NCBI RefSeq assembly: GCF_001194135.2
Contig: NC_068993.1
Location: 16,559,027-16,623,026 of the forward strand
Reading direction: 5' to 3'
Length of the DNA stretch: 64,000 bases
Source: Octopus bimaculoides
Lineage: Eukaryota
Shown: piece by piece, positions 49,493 to 60,714 of the stretch
How positions within the stretch are numbered: position 1 is the first letter of the stretch
How the letters are laid out: each line of letters starts with the position of its first letter
The notes under the pieces: generated by a model
Told to the model about the DNA's origin: nothing
What the model saw: the letters and a program-made list of their open reading frames with translations, nothing else
The model's database searches: none
Translations under genes and position numbers: made by a program

Positions 49493-51257
49493 ACTTGACT
49501 TCCTGTTTTGCACGTTGGTTACTTGCGGTAGACACAAGGAACAGAGTGGATGGATGTGTTTCAACTTCGTCCAATATTGAACTATTGAGAAGCCAGCGGA
49601 GGTAGGTGGAATTGTTTTTTTGAGCTAGGTATAATTTATTGTGTTTCATTTGTTTCAGTAAATTTAGCCTAGCTCTGGGCAATTTCTTCTGCCACGGCGA
49701 CTGTAGTTGTTTGTTCATTTTAGTGAGCAAATTGTTTTTCTCGTTCATTGTTATTGGTGGGTGTGTTTGACTCACCATGACGGCGGACTGAGAATTTTTT
49801 GTGAAAAACTATTTGTGTCTCACTTAATTACGAGAACTGTTGTTTTTGTGGGCGTATCTGGCCTCTGAAAAACTTTAAAAAAAAAAATTCTAACAATTTG
49901 TGAAGGATTTCTCTGTGTTCCTGTTGCTGTGACCATGGATTGCTTTTACTGGAATACCTTATCGGAGTACCTGTGGGCTAGGATTACCGAGTGGCCGGAA
50001 CTGTGTTGCTGTGTCTTGAACTGTCTTCCTTCCTTATTTTTCTCGGCTCTGTCTTTCTGTTCCTTTTGTATTTATTTATTTATTTTTACTGTGAACTTTT
50101 TTGTTGAACTTTTCTTAATTTTTGTGGAACATTTTGAAATTTTTTTGAAGGCATGATCTCCAGGGGGGTCAAGTACACAATGGTGTGGTTGTTGTTTGAC
50201 TCCCTTGAGGAACCTGCTAATGCGGTCAGTCAGACTCTGCAGGGGGAGGAAATTTTGTTCCTCCCCTCTTACTGCAGAAGGAGAACAATTAGAGCCTGGG
50301 TTCATGGACTACCCCCAGGTTACAAAGCCGAGTGGATCGCTGATACCATCTGGCAGGGCTTGGGGGACAGTGGACCCAGGTTCCTTAATGTGCACATGTC
50401 ACCTGCGGTCAACTGGCAGGGCGCCAAGGCGACATTGACCTTGTGGTCCCCAGTGGCTGTAGGAGACGTGCTTTCCTGATTTTTTAAAGATGGCCGGGGC
50501 CAGGTATCCGGTTATTATTGAGGGTCGGCAACCGAGGTGCCATATGTGCCTAGGAGCTGGCTACATTAAGAACTGCCCCCAGGGCCGTAATAAGGCCCTG
50601 GAGCAGGAAAANNNNNNNNNNNNNNNNNNNNNNNNNNNNNNNNNNNNNNNNNNNNNNNNNNNNNNNNNNNNNNNNNNNNNNNNNNNNNNNNNNNNNNNNN
50701 NNNNNNNNNNNNNNNNNNNNNNNNNNNNNNNNNNNNNNNNNNNNNNNNNNNNNNNNNNNNNNNNNNNNNNNNNNNNNNNNNNNNNNNNNNNNNNNNNNNN
50801 NNNNNNNNNNNNNNNNNNNNNNNNNNNNNNNNNNNNNNNNNNNNNNNNNNNNNNNNNNNNNNNNNNNNNNNNNNNNNNNNNNNNNNNNNNNNNNNNNNNN
50901 NNNNNNNNNNNNNNNNNNNNNNNNNNNNNNNNNNNNAGCAGTAATAACCAGCAGCACCCGTGCTGGGGTGGTGGCCGCCTGTAGTAGCCTCGCATGTATG
51001 TGCTTCAGTACTGAGGCTGAATTGAATATGGAAAGTTGCCTGTATGCGGCGGAAGGCATATGAACTGAATTGTTTTGTATTGTGATTATAAATATGTTTA
51101 TTTATTTTGAACAAATGTATTCGAGGGGTTGCTGATCTGTGGGCGTCAGCGCCCCTCTCATTTTTCATATGTATCATCCTTTCATTCCACATTTGTCTTT
51201 GTCCAGCCCTAGCTACGGCCATTCTGTGTAAAGCCTATATGGCTAATTAATGAAATA
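49493..51257 (+). mobile_element. Tx1/L1-like non-LTR element (leader, ORF1 with zinc knuckle, gap, 3' UTR) inserted into a SINE head with a 13-bp TSD
   Basis: TSD aagtagcttgctt at 49480-49492 and 51258-51270. The SINE head starts at 49461 and resumes at 51271 (cccaccaacatggttccgggttcagtccc). ORF1 remnants: FLPSYCRRRTIRAWVHGLPP..AEWI and PVIIEGRQPRCHMCLGAGYIKNCP. The element ends in aatgaaata. Confidence 0.85.
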
Positions 51258-51398
51258 AAGTAGCTTGCTTCCCACCAACATGGTTCCGGGTTCAGTCCCA
51301 CTGCATGGCACCTTGGGAAAGTGTCTTCTACTATAGCCTCAGGCCTACCAAAGCCTTGTGAGTGGATTTGGTAGAGGGAAACTGAAAGAAACCTGTTG

Positions 51399-51452
<54 letters not shown>

Positions 51453-51570
51453 GCCTGGTGTGCTAATGATTCAGCCAGCTCGCTGCCTTAACTATTATTA
51501 TAACAGTAATAATAAAGATTAACATTAATAATAATAATGAGGATTATATATATATATATGTGTGTGTGTG

Positions 51571-51622
<52 letters not shown>

Positions 51623-52330
51623 TTTTTGGAATGTAGGATCTTGAAGCAGATGAGTTATAAACAATAGTATATAAATATTGGTTTAAGGACCCCTTCAATC
51701 CCTCTTTATCCAAAGGCTTTTTTATTCCTATGTTTGCATGTTATTATTTACAGCTTATGTGCTTCAAGGTCCAATGTTCCAGAAAACAATTATCTCATTT
51801 TCTCTTCAAGTTTAGAAGTTCTTATTATGTCAACAATATATGCATGTGTGTTTGTGTGTATGCATATGTATATGCACGCACATTCTAATATTATTGTTTG
51901 TCACCAAAAGTGATAGAGAGTACACGGTACATGGAGAAGGGTTTATTGAACCCTAATTCTTTTGCTTGTAATGTTAATTTCACACCACTGTAACATCAGG
52001 CAACAACTGTCTTGTTTCTTTATTCCATTTGGTTTTATATTTTCTGGCGGCAGTTCATTTTTTTGCTGTCTGTCATTCTATTAGTTGGTTACTAATGATG
52101 TTTCATCAAGGCATTGTATATGGTTGTTGTTTCATTCACCAACTTTTTTGTTTCTCTTTTTTCTATCAGTCAGCTTCACTGATGTTGAACTAGACATTAC
52201 TTTTTGTTAACTTTAGGCTCTGTCTCTTTGTAAAGTAGTTTTTTTTTTTTAGAAATTTAGTATTTAATATTTAAGGAAGCATTCTATATAAGGAAGGACT
52301 GCCACAGGAACGACAAACCAATGATAACTA

Positions 52331-52584
52331 CAGGGTGGGTGGAAAGTAACTAGCTATTAGAAATTGCTTCTAAGATTTCTAGTATCACTGAAGTCATGAC
52401 AAAAATATTTTTTAAACACACAACTCAGGAGTGGCTGTGTGATAAGTAGCTTGCTTACCAACCACATGGTTCCGGGTTCAGTCCCACTGCGTGGCACTTT
52501 GGGCAAGTGTCTTCTACTATAGCCTCAGGCCAACCAAAGCCTTGTGAGTGGATTTGGTAGACAGAAACTGAAAGAAGACCGTCG

Positions 52585-52624
<40 letters not shown>

Positions 52625-53435
52625 GGTGTGTGTGTGTTTGTGTGTCTGTCCCCCCAACATCGCTTGAGAACCGATGCTGGTGTGCTTACTTCCCTGATGG
52701 CTAGTTGCATGACTGTTCAGGAGCAAGCTAAGATAACAGCATAACTATGAAGTGTGGAATTCCATTGTTTTGGCTCAGAGGTGGTGGTGTGCATGGAAAG
52801 GTAAGCATGCAACACTATGTCTGGAGACAATAGAATGTTGTCATGCAAAGCTAATGACCACGAGCTCTGTGAACGATGCAAGAAGTGGCTGTCCAACCAC
52901 ATCCCGATCAGTGGAGAACGTGGCAACAGTGCAGGAAATGTTTAATCCCAGCCTGCAAAAATCAACACATGAAGCAGCTTGTAAAAGTGGACTAACAAGG
53001 CACACAATATGTATGGTGTAACATAAAGAATTGAATCTTCATCCGTGGAAACCCCATTATGTGCAGGAGCTAGAATTCAAAGATTGTGATTACGGAACTC
53101 CAAGAAGTCCAGATCTCACTCCATGTGATTTTTACCTGTGGGGTTACACAAAAGAGGAGGTGTCCAAGACAAAACCTCACACCCTGGAGGCTTTGGAGAT
53201 ACAGATTCAGGAGGTTCTCAATGATATCCCAGACAACGTCCTTCATAAAGTTGTTCATTCCATCCCTGGCCATTTTAGGAAACTGGTTGACGGCACCAGT
53301 GCTTATGTTGAAATATGAAGATTTACTTTCATTTCCCCTCGTAATAAAGAACATGTATCATTTGTTTCAATAAATTTGTAAAAGAGAATATGGATTTTAT
53401 TACCAATTTTTAATGCCTACTTTTCATTCAACCTG
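52331..53435 (+). mobile_element. DD41D/rosa-like Tc1-mariner element with an internal deletion and a SINE insertion (52426-52693)
   Basis: TA|cagggtgggtggaaagta ... tacttttcattcaacctg|TA. Remnant: MASCMTVQEQAKI...RSGCPTTSRS.ENV..V...ELNLHPWKPHYVQEL/TPRSPDLTPCDFYLWGYTKEEV...VEI*. Confidence 0.85.
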
Positions 53436-53449
53436 TATATGAAAGGAAC

Positions 53450-54400
53450 AAGCAAAAAAACTCCAGATCAAATATACATAGCAAACTCTCATTTCATAAT
53501 ATTTATTAAAGAAATGCAACATTACTATGAGAATACTTAAAACTTAAGGGAAAATATAGATTATATCTGTCCAACAAGCATACCAATTTCATTTTGAAAG
53601 AAACTGGTCCAGATTTCAAAGGTAAATATTCGATGAGAAAATGGTAGGAGAAAGAGAAATGCAGACACTACAATATCAACACTGTCAGAACAACAACAGT
53701 GAAAAGTAAGTAACACATTATCTCATAGAAAATAATGACAGTTTAGAGACATCAGATATTAAATGAAAAATAATAACAATGTACATATAAAAAAAGTATA
53801 TGAACAACAAACATGATTGAAAAATACAGGAAACATCCAATGAAAGAGTAACATAAATAGATAATTACACTAGCAAAGAACACAGCTATAAAAAAACATG
53901 ATACAATTATGCAATCAAGTTAAAATAGTCGAGTTTAAATCATACAGCTTCTGAATTGCCAAATTTGAAAATGATTTACAGATAAATAATTTTAACAAAA
54001 GCAAATATAAAAAAGTATGAGATTGTTGAAAACGATATATAAACAACTCTGAAGGAAATTAATAAAAGCTTTTTAAAAATTATTTAAACCCTAAGACTAT
54101 ATAAAAGGAATGGAAAATGGAACGACGACAACCATAGAAAATGCATTGATGAAACAACATCAAAACAAACTTAAAAGCAATCAATGAAAATGGTTGCCAT
54201 AGATGAAGGCATTAATCTGCTTCAAAATATTTAGAACTAGCCTGAATACTTGAAGAAGTCCAATGATCATTCGATAATGGATGAGGCCTCAAAAAATGTG
54301 TAGAGCGCATGACAGGCAGTTTTGATAGATGTGCATAGCAGAGATGACCAAAAGCTTTACTGATGACAAGAGTAACAAAATTCCTTTGAGCAAATTTCTT
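53450..54400 (+). other. A-rich unique-looking stretch, possibly a very old LINE remnant
   Basis: Strand-biased A-richness and scattered short frames. No diagnostic motif was confirmed. Confidence 0.2.
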
Positions 54401-56283
54401 CAAAACAAGAGCCCACTAATGGATGACTTAGAGGGGTAGATTCCAAGTGGATCTGGTTTATGCAAACTGTATGTTTTGTTGTTAATAACAACAGAAGCAA
54501 TATGAATACCAAAAGGTAGTCTCTATTTCTAAATCAACATGAAGGTTGTTTTAGAACACAGAATATTGTGTTACTTAACTTGAAAGGACCTTTCACATGG
54601 ACTTATGGTGCATAAAAACACTCTTATTTATATTGTTGATAGACAAGAACCATCTGCTATGGCTACTGGAATTGCCAGATCACATGATTTTGCTCTGTTT
54701 GAGCTCTTCAGTGACAGACATTCAGTTGCATCATAACAACTGAATCTTGTCAATGGTATAGAGAATACATTCATACTGTGTCTGTTGCTGTTGATAATTT
54801 TTTAATAAACCCACTAGCTATTGGTGACATCAATGTCTGAATAAACATTGAGTTTGTGTATTGTGTGGGGAAGGAATATGCTGAACAGTGATAAATATTC
54901 TTTTTGATTAAATGATTTTAAATATATTTTGCAAAGTAAATATCCAATGGGCTGTTAAAATGGTAAAAGGTGAATATCCTACTTTCCTGCATCCAGGCAA
55001 TTATTGAGAGATTGTTAACCTAGCTTTATATTTCCTTGTTTTTATTTATTTATCATTTTTTTTTTAGTAAGACACAACCATCTCATAAAATAACTCAATA
55101 CAAAGTAAAGAATATTTAGCAACAAGCTCAGAAGAATTATTTCACCAATATTAATAATGACATGTTTAACACAATTATCAATTTATAATTCTCACCTTCT
55201 TGTCATGTTTTCACTGTGCTTTTTTAACAATTCAGACATTACATGATCTGGAATAAAACTTTTTCTCCAAAATTTAAATAATTTTGGTATGCCAAGCTCC
55301 TGCATAAAAATATACAAATAACCCAAGTATGGTCAACAAATATTTAAATGTTTAATGAATAATGTAGTTATGATTATACTTTGTGTGAAAAAAAGTGGCA
55401 GGGTAGTCAGGAGTAGAAATTAAACTTCCTTGCTCCTGAAATTATTATGACTGATCACAAATCGATAGATGCTCCTCACTCCTTGATAACTTTACACATC
55501 AAAGGAAATAAAAGTTCTTTCACTGAATTCGTTAACTTATTATTCTTTATTATTCTTTTATCCTTTTATTTGTTTCAGTCATTTGACTGCGGCTATGCTG
55601 GAGCACTGCCTTTAGTCGAGCAAATTGACCCCAGGACTTATTCTTTGTAAGCCTAGTACTTATTCTATCGGTCTCTCTTGCCGAACCGCTAAGTGACAGG
55701 GATGTAAACACACCAGCATCGGTTGTCAAGCAATGTTGGGGGGACAAACACAGACATACAAACATATACATACACACATATATATACGACAGGCTTCTTT
55801 CAGTTTCCATCTACCACATCCACTCACAAGGCTTTGGTTGGCCTGAGGCTATAGCAGAAGACACTTGCCCAAGGTGCCATGCAGTGGGACTGAACCCAGA
55901 ACCATGTGGTTTGGAAGCAAGCTATTTACCATACAGCCACTCCTGTGCCTAATCTCATAATAAGAGTAGATCCAGTTAACCTCAAAATATCACCACTCAC
56001 TCACATTGTAAAATACACCAAAGGGAATCATGTACCACATCTATCTGTCTTCTTCATGTAATACTTGAAGAGGGTAATGAAACCATCATTGGAGGAGAAA
56101 TGCCTGTATCTTTACATTCTAACTATATCTAACACACAATTTCCTAGCAGCAGCCAGAAGAAAACTATCCACCCATTCTTGATAAAAATAAACAAAAGGC
56201 AGTGAACCAACTGATTGTTACAATAAATCCAGCTGATAGTGAGATTTGTACTACATGTTAGAGCATCTGTATGACAAGCTCAC

Positions 56284-56380
56284 ATGTTGGCAATAGTCTG
56301 ACCCTGAATGAATGCGTGTAGGATGGTTCTGCGTTGCGCTTCACATTTCTCGAACATTTTCAGTATTTTGCAATTCTCTC
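56284..56380 (-). CDS. Candidate internal exon of an unidentified host gene
   Basis: ctttctaag|...|gtgagc with a single open frame (xENCKILKMFEKCEAQRRTILHAFIQGQTIAN). It retains CpGs in an otherwise CpG-poor context. No homology recognised. Confidence 0.25.
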
Positions 56381-57068
56381 CTTAGAAAGCTTCATTTCAC
56401 ATGAGGAAATTTATATTACAGAAATAAAATAAAGAAAATGCTTTGAGAACTTTATCATGGATAAAAGAAAGTATTTACATTTTTATCAGAATACACTACC
56501 AGTTTTGATTGCTTTAATCGCTTTAAATTAGCATTTAAAGCAATCAAAACTAGTAGAATCAGAAACTTAGTTGCTTCTTATCTGCACATTTGTCTATATG
56601 TGCACTGAGTCCTGTTTGCTTGCAGTGCTGTATTTTAATTTGTGATCTATGCATAGTCATGCATTGACTTAAAGACCTCATGATTTGTCCTATGTAGTTA
56701 TTTCTACATGCTGAACACTTTATAAAGTTTTCGGAATACAGGTGAAGTTATTTTATTTTATTGTGAATGTACTTGCACACACATGCAGGCACACAGAGAA
56801 AGAGATAGATGTCTTCAAAGCAATAACTAAAATAAAATTAACATCTGAATTGTCATTATCTTCAAACAGTTGGGTAGTAACTGACCATAAAAATACAATA
56901 CAAACCATCTCAGAAAAAATACCCTTCTTTCTCTTTTTTTCCTGTCCTTTTTGTCTTCTTGTCTTTCCTTTTCTTTTCCACCTTCTTTTCTCCCTCTAAC
57001 CAAGCCTCCCAAAATTCACCACACACATATTTGCACGCACATGCTTGTACACACACATTATATATGAG

Positions 57069-57099
<31 letters not shown>

Positions 57100-57178
57100 A
57101 AAAATAGGGTAAAAAATCATATATTAATTAATATCGATTAATTACCAGCACATTGAATGTCCATGTTAGTGGTCAACG

Positions 57179-57217
<39 letters not shown>

Positions 57218-58781
57218 TACACACATAATGATAACAAAGGAACATTCTTTCAGGTTTATATCAAAGGCATAAATTTTCTGTAAAAGTTAATTTTGGAAAC
57301 AAACAAGATGAAAGTGCTAATAATCAATTATCCAAAATTCTGACTACCTCTTTTTTTTCTTAATATAGATATATTGAAAATGATATTACTCTTTTATTCT
57401 GTAACTTTCTTCAGTGAAAGGGTAGCTAAACTGGGGCACTAATATCTATTTCATTTTTTTTTTTTTTTTTTACTAGTAAAGTATTCAAGACCGCATCTTA
57501 CATATGATTACAACAACTGCAAATGCACTTCCCTACTGCTCAGTTCAACAAACATAAGCTCCTCTATTCCAACAACACAACCACCACCACCACCACCAAT
57601 GACATTACCACTAGACACACTATATTGCTGTTATTAACACACACTCACACCAACCAGATAATTTAAACGCTACACATACTTGTTTCTACTCCCGGTATAC
57701 TGAGTAAGTTAACTGTTAATTCCATCATGCAAAGTTTGTTACTTGATACTTATACAAGGAGGGGGCACCTTCAATGACCATAGCATTCAGCTACTCTTAG
57801 CTCATCTGTTTCCTGCTTTCTCTCCGTGTACACTTTTCTCCGATGTTTCTTAATATATTTAGTTCTTAATAAAACCAAATATTGCTGCATTTTATATATC
57901 TTTGTGAATTAGTAATAAAAAAAGGACATTTCACATTTCTCACAATTATTAAATTTACATCTTCATTTATTCACTTCTTCATTATTCGAGATGTCACAAT
58001 AACAAAAGGCAGCTGCCATATGTTCCTATGTGCGTATCAAGAAATATCGATTTCTCAAAATGACCCCAATACCCGATGATGTTGCTTAGACTGAGCCAAG
58101 TAAACATTTTATCAACAACATTCCATCTATGAACATCCTGGTTTATTGATATTTATAACATCTAAAAAGAAGTGTCTTCTTTATTCACCTTTGGTGATGT
58201 GTATACATATATCTGTGTGTATATGATTACATATATATGTGGGGGGGNNNNNNNNNNATCATAAATGCTTAATACACAGAAGGTTGTAAGTTCCAAACTT
58301 GTAGGAACCTATTTTCTTTTATAAGTGCAGGCATGGCTGTGTGGTATGAAACTTGCTTCCCAACCACATAGTGCCGGGTTCAGTCCCACTGCATCACACT
58401 TTGGGCAAGCATCTACTACTATAGCCTTGGGCCAACCAAAGCTTTGTGAGTGGATTTGGTACACGGAAACTGAAAGAATACCTTGAAATAATGGACTATA
58501 AATGGTTATTGAATCAAACTGGCATTGAAGATAGTTCGTATGTAAATGAATAAATAAGTCTACATCATACAACGCAGAGTAGATAAATGAAAAACTTTAA
58601 ACAGTTAAATTGAAGGATATTAAAGTAAAGACCCTGAAGAAACTGCCCCAGTATTATAGTAGGGTTGCAATTGTAATGGTTACTAATTGATGCAGTTGAA
58701 ATGAGTAGGTCTATATAAAGCTGTATATATAAAAGAATTAAAAGTAATGCTATGCTACTTTGTAATAATACTTATTATTAT

Positions 58782-58835
<54 letters not shown>

Positions 58836-59683
58836 NNNNNNNNNNNNNNNNNNNNNNNNNNNNNNNNNNNNNNNNNNNNNNNNNNNNNNNNNNNNNNNNN
58901 NNNNNNNNNNNNNNNNNNNNNNNNNNNNNNNNNNNNNNNNNNNNNNNNNNNNNNNNNNNNNNNNNNNNNNNNNNNNNNNNNNNNNNNNNNNNNNNNNNNN
59001 NNNNNNNNNNNNNNNNNNNNNNNNNNNNNNNNNNNNNNNNNNNNNNNNNNNNNNNNNNNNNNNNNNNNNNNNNNNNNNNNNNNNNNNNNNNNNNNNNNNN
59101 NNNNNNNNNNNNNNNNNNNNNNNNNNNNNNNNNNNNNNNNNNNNNNNNNNNNNNNNNNNNNNNNNNNNNNNNNNNNNNNNNNNNNNNNNNNNNNNNNNNN
59201 NNNNNNNNNNNNNNNNNNNNNNNNNNNNNNNNNNNNNNNNNNNNNNNNNNNNNNNNNNNNNNNNNNNNNNNNNNNNNNNNNNNNNNNNNNNNNNNNNNNN
59301 NNNNNNNNNNNNNNNNNNNNNNNNNNNNNNNNNNNNNNNNNNNNNNNNNNNNNNNNNNNNNNNNNNNNNNNNNNNNNNNNNNNNNNNNNNNNNNNNNNNN
59401 NNNNNNNNNNNNNNNNNNNNNNNNNNNNNNNNNNNNNNNNNNNNNNNNNNNNNNNNNNNNNNNNNNNNNNNNNNNNNNNNNNNNNNNNNNNNNNNNNNNN
59501 NNNNNNNNNNNNNNNNNNNNNNNNNNNNNNNNNNNNNNNNNNNNNNNNNNNNNNNNNNNNNNNNNNNNNNNNNNNNNNNNNNNNNNNNNNNNNNNNNNNN
59601 NNNNNNNNNNNNNNNNNNNNNNNNNNNNNNNNNNNNNNNNNNNNNNNNNNNNNNNNNNNNNNNNNNNNNNNNNNNNNNNNNNN

Positions 59684-59760
59684 GCAAGCATTTGCTTCAC
59701 CATATACCGAAGTTCAGGTGCTATTTCTGAACTTCGGTATATGGTGAAGCAAATGCTTGC
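59684..59760. repeat. Perfect 34-bp inverted repeat with a 9-nt loop
   Basis: gcaagcatttgcttcaccatataccgaagttcag-gtgctattt-ctgaacttcggtatatggtgaagcaaatgcttgc. Confidence 0.97.
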
Positions 59761-60497
59761 TGATCCCTTAATTATGTTTATATATATATATATATGATTG
59801 AGTGACAAAGAAATTTGCAATCCCACTGTACCAATATCTTGGAATTAAAAGAAACCATTATTCTTGATTTGCTGACTTGATAGCTGATATTTGTTCCAAA
59901 AGTTTTACATAAAATCATTCACAATTAAGTGCAGCATGCCACAGAGAATGGAACTAACCAAACAATGTCAGCTTTGAATGATGGAGAAGTTCCATATCCT
60001 AATGAAAACTTCCGGCAATCTGAATTCAAAAACAGAGATCATGTCTAAATCCTGCCTCTAGAAAGTGTTTTATCTAACAAATTATATGTAACATGTAACA
60101 CCAGACTGACCAATTAGGTGTAAACATCAAGAGCAACAAAAAAAACTAGGCACAAACGGATATTTGTTCCATGCTGTCTTGGAAACTAACAGTTAGTATT
60201 AAAATATCCCCTTCGTTGATATAACATATGATGAATGTCAGAATGAAACTCAAAGTAATGGAAAATGTAGTCAAGTCAGACGTCATTATAATCATATTTA
60301 CTCTAATTGACATGTTGAGTATTCTTGAATTTGTTCTTGGGAGAAACTGTTTACCTCTACCCGAATGTGATTTAGCTCACTATCATTGAGTAGTGAAACT
60401 ATGCTTGTGTACAGTCAAATGATGTGAATAACATTTCCATTTACAAAACAAAGGAAGAATATATTTTGGCTTTAGTCCAGCAGTAGCAGTAAGGGTA

Positions 60498-60714
60498 TGA
60501 GGCGGTACTGAAAAATTCCTGGATTTAAGGGTATCACAAAAGGCCTGGTTGGAGGCCCAACCTTCTGAGTTCTTTTACAGGGTTTAGAAAAACTGAAGGG
60601 CTACTCCAATAAGTGTGTAAATCTAAGAGGGAAATATGTTGAATAAAATCATAATTAACTGATCCTCCTGTATTTTCTTTTACCCAAAGTCAGGAACTTT
60701 ACAGTATCTGCTTG
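60498..60714 (+). mobile_element. Mariner-derived MITE (irritans type)
   Basis: TA|tgaggcggtactgaaaaattcctggattt ... aaagtcaggaactttacagtatctgcttg|TA. Keeps the last transposase codons (LEKLKGYSNKCVNLRGKYVE*). Confidence 0.85.

Noticed and set aside
58747-59826. Long ORFs of 140-360 aa (also at 34.2, 46.2, 48.0 and 50.5 kb)
   Set aside because: They are open only because they run through N gaps.
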